Shown: positions 11,242-21,139 of the stretch, piece after piece
Numbering within the stretch: the first letter of the stretch is position 1
Layout of the letters: each line of letters begins with the position of its first letter
Source: an uncultured virus (IMG/VR IMGVR_UViG_3300027782_000067)
Lineage: Duplodnaviria; Heunggongvirae; Uroviricota; Caudoviricetes
IMG/VR virus record: IMGVR_UViG_3300027782_000067
Reading direction: 5' to 3' (one strand)
Length of the DNA: 64,000 nucleotides
The notes under the pieces: generated by a model
Seen by the model: the letters and a program-made list of their open reading frames with translations, nothing else
Database searches by the model: none
What the model was told of the DNA's origin: nothing
Program-made: the position numbers and the translations under genes

Positions 11242-11985
11242 TTAACTAATTAAATCTTCAAAATTATTTTCAATGAATCGTCTTAACATATCCAAATTTT
11301 TATCTGTCCACTCAAGTTGTGTGTCAGGGTCATCCAAGTACGTCATTGGGGAATGATCTATTGTTATCTCTCTTGCCTCATATGGTGATTTACCCTGATC
11401 CAATAAATAACCATAGTCAGAACTAACCCAATCTTTAAGTTCTTGGTATCTTCTAATAAATTTTAATGGTTTTGATTCAGTTACAATTTCAGGGTCGTCA
11501 GGACAATGAATTTCACTATAAGCATCGTAATGTAACCTTATTTTATTTTCAAAAATTTTTAATAGATAATCTCTTATTTCAAAAAAATTTTCATCGGAAT
11601 CCAAACTTATATTTTCATCAGATAAAAAAGGTGTTAAGGTGTAATTCATAATTCCTCTTTTATATTGAGAGAATCTTGAGTACTCACAAGGATCCGATTC
11701 TCTTAATGTTGTATTTAATTCATGGTCAAATAAATTAATTCTTCTACGTAAAGCTGATGGTATGTTATTATCTTTATTAGATTCATTATTTTCTTTTATA
11801 ATTCTAAATCGTAATAATGGTTTACCATTAATTGTAATATCTCCTTTATCATTTTTACCAATAGTTTTAACAACAACCTTCTTATTTTTAAACTTACCTC
11901 CCATGATTGTATCACCAACCTTGATGTCAAGTTTAATCATTTCTGTTAATTGTCCGTACTGATCCTCTGTAATAATTATTTTCAT
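11242..11985 (-). CDS. leader-A multidomain protein (SH3/KOW-like beta domain plus two helical domains)
   Basis: MKIIITEDQ; IKVGDTIMGG; IIKE and IVTES linkers. Confidence 0.65.
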   Translation of the reverse strand: MKIIITEDQYGQLTEMIKLDIKVGDTIMGGKFKNKKVVVKTIGKNDKGDITINGKPLLRFRIIKENNESNKDNNIPSALRRRINLFDHELNTTLRESDPCEYSRFSQYKRGIMNYTLTPFLSDENISLDSDENFFEIRDYLLKIFENKIRLHYDAYSEIHCPDDPEIVTESKPLKFIRRYQELKDWVSSDYGYLLDQGKSPYEAREITIDHSPMTYLDDPDTQLEWTDKNLDMLRRFIENNFEDLIS

Positions 11986-12317
11986 ATACAATCTTCATCC
12001 TCTAAAACCTTATCATAATATTCCCTAACCTTATCATAGAATGGTTCATACATCCATTCATTCATAGTTTCAGATAATTCATCAATATTAACCATATTTT
12101 CTTCTGACCAAGGTAAATTTATATCTTTTTCAATCATCTCGTATATGACTGCGTTACGAACATCACCATAGTAATCATACCACGCATAAAATGGATCATA
12201 CGTATAATCACAAGGGGGATAATACTCCATTTTTTCATCAACAAGTTTATCAATACGACCAAACCTACGTTTAAAAAAAAGATCCTCAAATTGTGATTCA
12301 GTTATGATAATTTTCAT
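11982..12317 (-). CDS. leader-A small acidic protein
   Basis: start moved to MKIIITESQ, downstream of TATTTAT. Confidence 0.7.
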   Translation of the reverse strand: MKIIITESQFEDLFFKRRFGRIDKLVDEKMEYYPPCDYTYDPFYAWYDYYGDVRNAVIYEMIEKDINLPWSEENMVNIDELSETMNEWMYEPFYDKVREYYDKVLEDEDCI

Positions 12318-12375
12318 ATTAGATAAATATAACACAAGATCAAAAATTAACCCGTCTTTTTACCAAGGGTAACCA

Positions 12376-12687
12376 TTACCTGTTTTCTTCATAATATCTT
12401 TTAGTCTCATCAAAAAATATTAAATCAAACTCTTTTGATAGTTTTTTACTAATTTCAATCTCATTTTCCTCATCAAGATCATAAAAATTTGGGATATCGT
12501 ACATAATAAATTCTACAACCGAATCTTTTACGGTGACGTAATAACGTTCAAACCCTTCGTTTTTTCCAAATTTATTGTTATACCATGCTGGAACTTGATC
12601 CTTAAGTTCTCGTTCAAAGATTGGAAGTATGTCCAAATACCTCCTTTTTATGTAATTATATTGTGATTCAGTTATTATTATTTTCAT
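12376..12687 (-). CDS. leader-A small acidic protein
   Basis: MKIIITESQ; KRRY. Confidence 0.7.
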   Translation of the reverse strand: MKIIITESQYNYIKRRYLDILPIFERELKDQVPAWYNNKFGKNEGFERYYVTVKDSVVEFIMYDIPNFYDLDEENEIEISKKLSKEFDLIFFDETKRYYEENR

Positions 12688-13004
12688 TATTGATAATCAG
12701 AATCATTATATTCTGGACAATTTTCTTTAATATATTTATCATAAAACTTTTTTATTTCATCATTTAAAATATAAAGAAGTTCATTTCTTAAATTTGTCCA
12801 CAATCTTGGATTAATTTCCAATCTATCTTCTTCTACCACATTATCAATTGCGGATCTTATTAAGTCTCTTTTGTATTTGTCAAACTCATGGTAATCCCTA
12901 TAATAACAAGGACTAGATTCATCCATACGATTATATACCTCATCTATTATTTTTAGGTACCGTCTTGCTAATGAATTTTGATTTTCTGTTATTATAATTT
13001 TCAT
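12687..13004 (-). CDS. leader-A small acidic protein
   Basis: MKIIITENQ; RRY..SPCYY. Confidence 0.7.
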   Translation of the reverse strand: MKIIITENQNSLARRYLKIIDEVYNRMDESSPCYYRDYHEFDKYKRDLIRSAIDNVVEEDRLEINPRLWTNLRNELLYILNDEIKKFYDKYIKENCPEYNDSDYQ

Positions 13005-13006
13005 AC

Positions 13007-13435
13007 TCAAATATTTTTACAAAAATCATTAATTATTTCACCATATTTTACATATAAAAAATCACGTATTTGATCAAATATATCTGCCAATTCTTCTGTA
13101 CCGTTGTCGGCGTTCCAATCATCCTCATAATAGTAAAGAATTTTGTCACTAATATCTAAAATAACATCAAAACTCATTTCCTTACAGTCAATCCAACGTT
13201 TAATCTCAGGGTCATTAATATAGTCATATATTGATTTAATTAGTATTTCGTGTATAAGATCTTTATCTTGGAAGTACTTACCTATCCGTCTAATAACATT
13301 ATATCCAAGATTTTCACCAGGAATATATTCTATTTCTTTTAACTTTAAAATTAAAGAATCATATAAATGATCTAAACCGTGAATTCTTGATTCTTTTAAT
13401 ATATTTAGTTGTTTTTTTGTTATAATGATTTTCAT
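13007..13435 (-). CDS. leader-A hypothetical protein
   Basis: MKIIITKKQLNILKES. Confidence 0.65.
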   Translation of the reverse strand: MKIIITKKQLNILKESRIHGLDHLYDSLILKLKEIEYIPGENLGYNVIRRIGKYFQDKDLIHEILIKSIYDYINDPEIKRWIDCKEMSFDVILDISDKILYYYEDDWNADNGTEELADIFDQIRDFLYVKYGEIINDFCKNI

Positions 13436-13510
13436 ATTGTATAAATACTTTATAAAACAAAAAGACCACCCAAAGGTGGTCTTACATACAATAAAAAATT
13501 TAAGGGTTTA

Positions 13511-13810
13511 TTAATATCCAAACGACGTACTCCTTATTTTAACTCCTTTTGGTATCTCAATATCATCCATTGATCTTGGTGGTTCTAATCTTTTTATTTT
13601 TGTAACTTCAAAACCACTATTAAACTCTCTTAATTTAGTTTCATATTCTTCACCAAATTCAATCAAACGATTTATTACATCATCAACCAATTCAGTCTTT
13701 TTTGATCTTGCTAGACCTCCTCTAAATTCCTCGTTTACGTTACTCTCTTGTATAATTCGTTTTATTAGTTTTGATAAATCTGATTCAGTTAATCTTATGG
13801 TTTTTTTCAT
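13511..13810 (-). CDS. leader-B hypothetical protein
   Basis: MKKTIRLTESDL. Confidence 0.7.
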   Translation of the reverse strand: MKKTIRLTESDLSKLIKRIIQESNVNEEFRGGLARSKKTELVDDVINRLIEFGEEYETKLREFNSGFEVTKIKRLEPPRSMDDIEIPKGVKIRSTSFGY

Positions 13811-13873
13811 AATATATATTTTATTATAAATACAACAATAAATAATAATATTTGATTATATTATAAATATTTT

Positions 13874-14242
13874 TTATTTATCAACCCACCACTCCGTTTT
13901 ATCATCATCCTCTTCTTCTTCTTCATCACAATCACGATCCCTATATTCTCGCTCAATTCGTGACCAATATTTACTAACAATTACCTTAACAACAAAAGCC
14001 ACAAGTTCGTCAGAAAATAATTGTTCTTCACCAGAAAGTTCAGTATATGAATTAATAAATGTTATTGCGGAATCATTTACGATATTAATTCTATAACTAT
14101 CATAAGTTCCGTAGTTACAAGGATCGGTATAATCAAATCCTTCAATAACAATATCCTTTAAGTGATCCATTAATTCACGGTCATTCAATCTCCTACGTAA
14201 CCATAGAATTTTACTTTGGGATTCCGTTATGATTATTCGCAT
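13874..14242 (-). CDS. leader-A small acidic protein; paralog of 34719..35078
   Basis: MRIIITESQ; DPCNY, FINSY. Confidence 0.7.
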   Translation of the reverse strand: MRIIITESQSKILWLRRRLNDRELMDHLKDIVIEGFDYTDPCNYGTYDSYRINIVNDSAITFINSYTELSGEEQLFSDELVAFVVKVIVSKYWSRIEREYRDRDCDEEEEEDDDKTEWWVDK

Positions 14243-14538
14243 GATTCAAATGATTTGTGAAAAAATTTTTTTAGTTTATCGTAATAACCATAATCCTCAA
14301 AAAATTTATACATATCTTTATTGTGATATGAATTTTTAATCCCAAGTGTTTGATTAATATCCCACACAATTCCCAAAATAACCTCATCAGCATAATATAA
14401 TGCATCCTTTTCTGTGTTCGACCATATTCTGCAAACATCTTCAGGGTTTAATCTAGAAATAATGTTATCGGCAATACTAAGTCTTCGAATAAATGAAAGA
14501 ATTTGTTTATCTTGGTCTTCGGTTATTATTATTTTCAT
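14233..14538 (-). CDS. leader-A small protein; paralog of 19647..19928
   Basis: MKIIITEDQ; LNPEDVCRIW. Confidence 0.7.
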   Translation of the reverse strand: MKIIITEDQDKQILSFIRRLSIADNIISRLNPEDVCRIWSNTEKDALYYADEVILGIVWDINQTLGIKNSYHNKDMYKFFEDYGYYDKLKKFFHKSFESCE

Positions 14539-14610
14539 ATGTTATAAATATATCATAAAACAAAAAACCCCACTGATGAGGTGGGGTGGTATCCAATTAT
14601 TTTTTTAAAA

Positions 14611-15078
14611 TTATTTAGATAATTTAGTCCAAGATCCAGTTTTTATATCACTTAAAATCATAATATCATCATTAATTCTTCTTGGATCATTTTTTATTGC
14701 TTGAACACTTCCATCCTTAAAATATAAAAATGCTCTATTCTCAAGTTCTGGGTTATTTTTTACCCATTCTTCTTCTCGTTTTTCTTTTTTTCTATCTTTT
14801 ATATTACTTGATATCATGGCAATGGATCCGGCAATTATACCAACTGAAGGTATTAATATTCCGGCTAAAACTCCAGGACAAGGTTGACATTCGGTGTAAC
14901 TTACACTAGCACCATCTCTTTTTGGGCACATCCCCTGTTTCCAACATGGACCATCTTTGGTTTTTTGGAAATTTGATCTAAGATCTGTTATTTGAGATTC
15001 CATTTCAGAACTTTCGGTAATAACACGTCTTATTAATCTTGTTAGTCCTTCTTCCGTTAGTTTTATTATTTTTTTCAT
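14611..15078 (-). CDS. leader-B protein with Cys cluster and transmembrane helix
   Basis: MKKIIKLTEEGL; GVLAGILIPSVGIIAG. Confidence 0.65.
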   Translation of the reverse strand: MKKIIKLTEEGLTRLIRRVITESSEMESQITDLRSNFQKTKDGPCWKQGMCPKRDGASVSYTECQPCPGVLAGILIPSVGIIAGSIAMISSNIKDRKKEKREEEWVKNNPELENRAFLYFKDGSVQAIKNDPRRINDDIMILSDIKTGSWTKLSK

Positions 15079-15081
15079 GTG

Positions 15082-15378
15082 TTATTTTTTTCTTTTTAAT
15101 CTTAAGTTAGTTTTTTTATCGTATATATTACCAATATAATTATTTAATAATGGTTTAATATGGTCAAAAAAAGAATTTATATCTCTATAATCAATTTCAT
15201 CGTATATTTGATGAAGAACCTCATCAATAAAATCTATCTTATTATATTCGTCAACATCATAATATTTTATAATACTTGGAATCATTAATTTTATCGACTC
15301 AAATCTTCGTTTTAATGATAATGGAATATCGTTGTCAACAATATTTTTATACTGTGATTCCGTTATTATTATTTTCAT
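15082..15378 (-). CDS. leader-A small protein
   Basis: MKIIITESQ; IPLSLKRR. Confidence 0.7.
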   Translation of the reverse strand: MKIIITESQYKNIVDNDIPLSLKRRFESIKLMIPSIIKYYDVDEYNKIDFIDEVLHQIYDEIDYRDINSFFDHIKPLLNNYIGNIYDKKTNLRLKRKK

Positions 15379-15433
15379 ATAACAATAAATACTTTATAAA
15401 ACAAAAAACTTTACTGATGAGGTGAGAATTTTA

Positions 15434-15910
15434 TTAATACCCGTGTCTGCTTGGAAATTTAATGTTATCGTTTTGAATCATTTCAGAAGACCGACAACCC
15501 CTGAACAAATTTGGGTCACGGTCTAACTCCCTGAAATACCTACCATAAGTCTCATCCATATCATTACAATACATAGTGGCTAAATCAAACCACCACCCCA
15601 CTATAGAAGATTTTAGTTCTACATCATTCCCAACACATTTAGTATTAATATGATCTAAATGTTTTTTTATTCTTGGGTCAGGGTTTTTAAAAAACCATGC
15701 AAGAGTATCTTTATCTTTATGACTATCATACCATTTGATTGTTTTATTTTCACTGGCAAATCCCAATCCATCATTTATTGAGCTACACAATTCTGTGTCA
15801 TATAACAACTTATTCTCAGATTCTATTAATATTTTTTTAAATAATAATCTATTTTCTAACACTATATTAGATTCTTGTATATGTCTGATTTTACTATAAC
15901 TTCTATTCAT
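15434..15910 (-). CDS. hypothetical protein with IQE/LIE leader variant
   Basis: MNRSYSKIRHIQESNIVLENR. Confidence 0.65.
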   Translation of the reverse strand: MNRSYSKIRHIQESNIVLENRLLFKKILIESENKLLYDTELCSSINDGLGFASENKTIKWYDSHKDKDTLAWFFKNPDPRIKKHLDHINTKCVGNDVELKSSIVGWWFDLATMYCNDMDETYGRYFRELDRDPNLFRGCRSSEMIQNDNIKFPSRHGY

Positions 15911-15913
15911 ATT

Positions 15914-16177
15914 TTATTTTTTAAAGTTTTTTATCACCTCATCTTTTGTAATGTACCCAATACCTTTCTTTTTTCGATATGATTCACCTTCATGATGTCT
16001 CAAAATACTACTCAATACCTCAACAATATCAGATGTTTCAACATCTTCAAATTCTCTATTAATTATTTTATTAATACTTGAATATAATTCACCTTTTCTA
16101 ACTGAAAGGTCTTCATTTATTACACGATTAATAAGTCTTGTTAAATCTCTTTCTGTTAATGTTACGGTTCTTCTCAT
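15914..16177 (-). CDS. leader-B small protein
   Basis: MRRTVTLTERDL. Confidence 0.7.
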   Translation of the reverse strand: MRRTVTLTERDLTRLINRVINEDLSVRKGELYSSINKIINREFEDVETSDIVEVLSSILRHHEGESYRKKKGIGYITKDEVIKNFKK

Positions 16178-16256
16178 AAGTTATATTTTATTATAAATAT
16201 CATATAAAACAAAAAACCCCACCGATGAGGTAGGGTTTATATTTTATTTTTTGTGA

Positions 16257-17363
16257 TTAACAATTAGCATCAGCAATTTTCATATCATCTAAAATGTCGT
16301 TAATTACTTTCATAACCTCATCAGCCAACATACCATTAGCCATATCTAATAACATTTGGTTCATATCAACAATTCCTCCAGTAACATATTCAACTTCCAT
16401 ACCGAGAGCATATACTAATTGAGTAAGAGCATTTGAGTCGTAGATGTTAGTTGGGATTTCAATTGTTAATGAATCTAACTGTAAGTAGTACCCTGATTCA
16501 TCACTTCCATCACAAACAATAGTTAACGTACCCTTAGCACTTCCTTTAACGTCTGTAGCAACAACAGGTAAATTCCCCTCAACTGCAGGAATTGGGTCTT
16601 GCCATAATTTGTAATAAGAGTTAGCAATAACTTGTGGAACGTTTAAGTCCATAGAAACACTAAACACATTTAATTCATTTTCTTTAGGAACCATATCATA
16701 AACATTAGTTACTTGGATTGTCCCAACACCTTTAATGTTTAATAATCTAAATGAATAACCACCTGTAATTGTTAAATAACCACAAGCATCAACACATACA
16801 TTATACATTGAGTCAGCTCCCGATTTACAATCAGATGACATTTTATTACATCCGTCTGTACAACTTTGGTATGGGAACGCTGAATTACATCCTGATTTAC
16901 AAGATGAAGATGCAGAATCACATCCTTTAGAACAACAACCATTACAAGTCCAATCAACAGCAGAACATCCACCTTTACACGCTTGTCTTGTTACATCACA
17001 AGTACCAATACACGCATCATAACCAACCTTAACTGCATCACATCCAGTATTACATGTTGCTCTTGTGGCATCACAAATATCTTTAGCTGCGTCCCTTGTT
17101 ACCTTACAAGCGTCAATACAGGTATTATTTAATGTTTGTTCTTCGTAACTATCGTGAACATAAACCTCATCACAAAATTCAATGTCGTTGATTACTGAAG
17201 TTTTATCACATTTAGATGACACTTTAAATTCCATACCTTGAATTGCCGGTGATTGGATGATAGTGTTTAATGCTGTTAATACTTTACCCTCAACAGAGTT
17301 GGGGTCTAAAGATACTTTTTGTTTTTTAAACAAGTCTTTAATGTGTTTAATAAGTTTTTTCAT
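16257..17363 (-). CDS. cysteine-rich protein (CxxxC repeats)
   Basis: about 20 Cys in a ~115-aa central segment; start moved to MKKLIK downstream of TATTTAT. Confidence 0.7.
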   Translation of the reverse strand: MKKLIKHIKDLFKKQKVSLDPNSVEGKVLTALNTIIQSPAIQGMEFKVSSKCDKTSVINDIEFCDEVYVHDSYEEQTLNNTCIDACKVTRDAAKDICDATRATCNTGCDAVKVGYDACIGTCDVTRQACKGGCSAVDWTCNGCCSKGCDSASSSCKSGCNSAFPYQSCTDGCNKMSSDCKSGADSMYNVCVDACGYLTITGGYSFRLLNIKGVGTIQVTNVYDMVPKENELNVFSVSMDLNVPQVIANSYYKLWQDPIPAVEGNLPVVATDVKGSAKGTLTIVCDGSDESGYYLQLDSLTIEIPTNIYDSNALTQLVYALGMEVEYVTGGIVDMNQMLLDMANGMLADEVMKVINDILDDMKIADANC

Positions 17364-17461
17364 AATTATATTTTTATTATAAATATCATATAAAAACAAA
17401 AAACCCCACTTGAAGGTGGGGAATAAATATTAGTTACTCATTAATCTGTTATTTATTAAGA

Positions 17462-17623
17462 CTAATCTTTCTCATCTTCCTTCACAATTAATTTTTCCAC
17501 AAATTGTCCAACCCAAGAACCAATCTGATAACAACCAATAAGGTAAATAACAAATTCAGGTAAAAAAATTATTGATAATATACAGGTAACAATTCCCGAT
17601 AATAATATTCCAAGTTTATTCAT
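17462..17623 (-). CDS. small membrane protein
   Basis: MNKLGILLSGIVTCILSIIFLP; overlaps the stop of the upstream gene. Confidence 0.5.
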   Translation of the reverse strand: MNKLGILLSGIVTCILSIIFLPEFVIYLIGCYQIGSWVGQFVEKLIVKEDEKD

Positions 17624-18137
17624 CCGTTCCTTCATCATAACTAATATAAGATTTAGGTTCAACAAAATTCATATCAAAGTTTTCCAACTTTAATTTTTGA
17701 GCATCAATATCCTCACGAGTATAGAACGGAGCGAAACTCGGTCTTTGTCTGAATGGAACATTTTCACGTTCTTCCCACACTTTAAGTTCTACCTCATGTC
17801 GGGGAATAGAATTCTTAAGATACATATATTCCTTCCATTTGTTATGGTCCTCCACGGATGGAATAAACTTAAGAGCCCCATAGTTATCAATACCAGACAA
17901 GTCGGGGTTATTGGAATATACATCAACAATACCGTCGTCACCACCATATTGGTAACATAACTCCTGAAGAGTGTGAGTGTTATAAATGTCCCACACTTTC
18001 CAATTACGTCCATAAGAACGTGCCTCACAGATATAGAAATATCCGTCTTTGAAATCGCGGATTATACTTGAAGATTTAGATTTTACTTCAAGTAGTTCTT
18101 CAAAATTAAGGTTTTTTAAAAAGTTGTCGATTCTCAT
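17616..18137 (-). CDS. hypothetical protein under host-type promoter
   Basis: 173-aa ORF; TTTG-N20-TATCTTTG upstream. Confidence 0.7.
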   Translation of the reverse strand: MRIDNFLKNLNFEELLEVKSKSSSIIRDFKDGYFYICEARSYGRNWKVWDIYNTHTLQELCYQYGGDDGIVDVYSNNPDLSGIDNYGALKFIPSVEDHNKWKEYMYLKNSIPRHEVELKVWEERENVPFRQRPSFAPFYTREDIDAQKLKLENFDMNFVEPKSYISYDEGTDE

Positions 18138-18141
18138 ATTA

Positions 18142-18173
18142 CAAAGATAGTAATAATAATTTAAATTATCAAA
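18142..18173 (-). promoter_or_regulatory. Bacteroidota-type -33/-7 promoter
   Basis: TTTG(18173-18170)-N20-TATCTTTG(18149-18142). Confidence 0.75.
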
Positions 18174-18221
18174 ACTTTATAATTTTTATTTATGTTAAGT
18201 TAATTACACAAAAAAGAAAAA

Positions 18222-18270
18222 CCGACGAAGTCGGGAAATGGTTCCGGATTCCATAAGAAAAGAAGAAAAA
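18222..18270 (-). repeat. ~50-bp dispersed intergenic element, copy 1 (others at ~19244-19290 and ~21033-21081)
   Basis: ccgacgaagtcgg...gttccggat...aagaa conserved; hairpin followed by U-run on minus strand. Confidence 0.7.
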
Positions 18271-18279
18271 ATTATTTTT

Positions 18280-18624
18280 TTAACAGTTCTGACTTTTCGA
18301 TAAATAATATTCACGGATCCTTTCACCGTGTTTATCTAATAACATATTCCTAAATTTTTCATACGTAATTCCAAGCATAAAATCAGTAATACTGTAGTTT
18401 TCATCCACCTTATAATGATTTATCATGTGTCCAACCAAATTGGACATTAATCCATTAAAATAAGCACTAAAATTTGAACAAAAAGTATCCCCATATAAGT
18501 CTGTTTCAATTGGTTTCATGGCAAAATCCAACATACTATCCAATCTCCTTTTAAAATATTCGTAATTGCGATCCTCTTTAAGAATTAATTTGTTGTACTG
18601 TTCTTCCGTAATTATAATTTTCAT
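18280..18624 (-). CDS. leader-A small protein; paralog of 23588..23932
   Basis: start moved to MKIIITEEQ; DKHGERIREYY vs DEHGEKIINYY. Confidence 0.7.
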   Translation of the reverse strand: MKIIITEEQYNKLILKEDRNYEYFKRRLDSMLDFAMKPIETDLYGDTFCSNFSAYFNGLMSNLVGHMINHYKVDENYSITDFMLGITYEKFRNMLLDKHGERIREYYLSKSQNC

Positions 18625-18646
18625 ATTAAACGAATTTAACATTTTT

Positions 18647-19186
18647 CTATTTTCTAAACTTATCATGGTTTTTTGATGCCATAACAAATTTTCTTTCAAC
18701 ATTCTTGTTTAGTCTGTAAGAATCATCAGCTTCTTGCCTTTTTTTATCTAGAATTCTATAAATGTTTGGATCAATAAATTGTTTGTTAATACCTTTAGCT
18801 CTTAAAAGTTTTTGAATGTCCTCAATTGACTTTGATTCAAGATTAGAATAAAATTTTGCACTACCTTTCTCCATATATTCTCTATATTGTTCTTTGTCAA
18901 CACCAGGTTTTTGTATTGGTTTAACAGGAAATCCTTTTTCCTTTAATTCGTCTAATACTTCATCAACAAAAGTAATTTTTTCATAGTTTGTGTAAATTTG
19001 AAAAACTTTTTTTGGTGCGTTATCTAATAATTTTTGAACTGTCCAGTTTCTATAAATTCCACCCTCATCACCAAGAACACTTTTTTTTGTCATTTTTCTC
19101 AGCATTACCTTTGGTTCATTCTCTTTTATAACCTTTTTTACAATTTTAATTAATTCCGATTCAGTCAATCTTATTGTTCTTTTCAT
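18647..19186 (-). CDS. leader-B hypothetical protein
   Basis: MKRTIRLTESEL. Confidence 0.7.
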   Translation of the reverse strand: MKRTIRLTESELIKIVKKVIKENEPKVMLRKMTKKSVLGDEGGIYRNWTVQKLLDNAPKKVFQIYTNYEKITFVDEVLDELKEKGFPVKPIQKPGVDKEQYREYMEKGSAKFYSNLESKSIEDIQKLLRAKGINKQFIDPNIYRILDKKRQEADDSYRLNKNVERKFVMASKNHDKFRK

Positions 19187-19295
19187 GATATTTTTTTTAT
19201 TAATAAATATGTTGAGATTATTAAATAATACAATATAAAAAAAACTTACGAAGTTGGGGTTTCGGATCCAGTTAAAAAAGAAGAATTTTAATTAT

Positions 19296-19637
19296 TTAGT
19301 AACGAGAGTAATTACACATTCTTACAAAAAGATTTCTAATATAATTCCCGTAGTTCTCCTCAACAATTTTATTTAACATACTAATGTCCATATCCGAACC
19401 ACCATTCTTAGAACTATCGTGAAAGAAATCCCAATTATCCCTAATGAATTCTTGAATAGAACGATCCATTATACTTTCAAAAAAAGTATCTGGATTAGAA
19501 TTATGGCACCACCAAGGACCATCATCATATAATTCAGCAACATTCTCATACGATTCAATTATAACTTCAACAATCTCAATAAATTGTTGTACTCGTCTAA
19601 GGAGATAGTTTTGGTTTTCTGTTATAATGATTTTCAT
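19296..19637 (-). CDS. leader-A small protein; paralog of 21823..22146
   Basis: NWDFFH; LNKIVEENYGNYIR. Confidence 0.7.
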   Translation of the reverse strand: MKIIITENQNYLLRRVQQFIEIVEVIIESYENVAELYDDGPWWCHNSNPDTFFESIMDRSIQEFIRDNWDFFHDSSKNGGSDMDISMLNKIVEENYGNYIRNLFVRMCNYSRY

Positions 19638-19646
19638 ATAAAAATA

Positions 19647-19928
19647 TTAATTACATTCATCTATGACATCATAGAAAAATTCGGTTATCTCGGACAAGGT
19701 CCCAAAATCATCCAATAGATCATATATCTCATCTTCAGACAAACGATCATATTGTTCCTGAACTATTAATATTAAATCGGACATTGCCTCAGCAATATAA
19801 TGTGAACCCTCTTCTCTCCTCCAATATCTACAAATATCATCAGGAGATAATTGACCAATGTATTCCTCAATCAAAAAATAAACACGTCTTATTAAATTAT
19901 TTTGACTTTCTGTTATAATGATTTTCAT
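19647..19928 (-). CDS. leader-A small acidic protein
   Basis: MKIIITESQ; LSPDDICRYW. Confidence 0.7.
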   Translation of the reverse strand: MKIIITESQNNLIRRVYFLIEEYIGQLSPDDICRYWRREEGSHYIAEAMSDLILIVQEQYDRLSEDEIYDLLDDFGTLSEITEFFYDVIDECN

Positions 19929-20359
19929 ATGTCATATATGCTTTCATAATAAATATCAATTAAATCATCAATTTTTAAACCTATAAGATTAAGACCGAGT
20001 AATTCCATTAAATGAGTTCCACTCCAAAAGTTACCATCTTGGTCCATTAAATATCCTCCACTTTGATACAGATATTGTTTGTTCATAACTTTGTCTTTAT
20101 AAAAGTGTATCAAATACATTGGTTTAAGATTTAATTCATCTTGATAATCTTTTGGAGTACGAAGTGAATCATGAAAAAAAATTTTAGGAATTTCGGAAGA
20201 TCTATTAATTTGTTTAATTTTTCCATTAAGGTCAATGTTAAATTTTTTTTTAATTATTTCTTTTAATTTTCTACTTTTCGGGCTCAAACTATCTTCACTA
20301 ATCACTCGTTTAACAATTTGTATTAAATCGGATTCTGTTAATCTTATAATTTTTTTCAT
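19925..20359 (-). CDS. leader-B hypothetical protein
   Basis: MKKIIRLTESDL. Confidence 0.7.
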   Translation of the reverse strand: MKKIIRLTESDLIQIVKRVISEDSLSPKSRKLKEIIKKKFNIDLNGKIKQINRSSEIPKIFFHDSLRTPKDYQDELNLKPMYLIHFYKDKVMNKQYLYQSGGYLMDQDGNFWSGTHLMELLGLNLIGLKIDDLIDIYYESIYDI

Positions 20360-20375
20360 ATTTTATAACTATAAT

Positions 20376-20765
20376 TTAATCTTCAGTATAAAATTTCATA
20401 TTATACTTTGAATCCATTTTAAACATAAGGGTAAATGGATAGTCGTATTTTAAATTAAACTCATCAACAAAGTTTTTAATTTTATTTGAATACTTTTCTA
20501 AAACCTCAACACCTTCATCGTACTCATCTCTCCACATATAAGGATCTTTATAAATGTCCATTAAGTCCAAACTTTCTCCGTCTTCCGAAGCCATAAAATC
20601 AAGACCACCAAAAGTATATACGTCATCAGGAAATTGAAAACTTTGTGATAATCTTCTTAACTTAAACCAAATATCCTCCCATGAGATTTCTTTGAAGTTT
20701 TCTTTAATTGCTCGTTTAACAATTCTTGTCAAATCTCTTTCAGTTAATCTTACAGTTCTTCTCAT
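20376..20765 (-). CDS. leader-B hypothetical protein
   Basis: MRRTVRLTERDL. Confidence 0.7.
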   Translation of the reverse strand: MRRTVRLTERDLTRIVKRAIKENFKEISWEDIWFKLRRLSQSFQFPDDVYTFGGLDFMASEDGESLDLMDIYKDPYMWRDEYDEGVEVLEKYSNKIKNFVDEFNLKYDYPFTLMFKMDSKYNMKFYTED

Positions 20766-20779
20766 AAGTTATTATTTAT

Positions 20780-20989
20780 TTACTTAATTAACTTTTTTAC
20801 TAAAAACATTATATGGGACTTTACGTCATTGTCTATAACGCTTTCATCAACAAGTTCCTTTAAATAGGTTTGTAGTTTTTTTAAAGTATCAGTATCACCA
20901 ACTTTTGGGGTTTGTTTATTATCTTCTCTAATAACTCTTCTAACGATACGATCCAAATCGTTTTCTCTTAATCTTTCTATTCTTCTCAT
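20780..20989 (-). CDS. leader-B small protein
   Basis: MRRIERLRENDL. Confidence 0.65.
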   Translation of the reverse strand: MRRIERLRENDLDRIVRRVIREDNKQTPKVGDTDTLKKLQTYLKELVDESVIDNDVKSHIMFLVKKLIK

Positions 20990-21139
20990 AATTTTTTTTA
21001 TTTAGTTATAAATATCAGATAAAACAAAAAAACCGACGAAGTCGGAACGGGGTTCCGGATCCAATAAGAAAGTAAGAATTTTATATCATAAAAAAACCCC
21101 ACCTGTATTAGAGAGTGGGGTTGTATAAAATATATTTTA

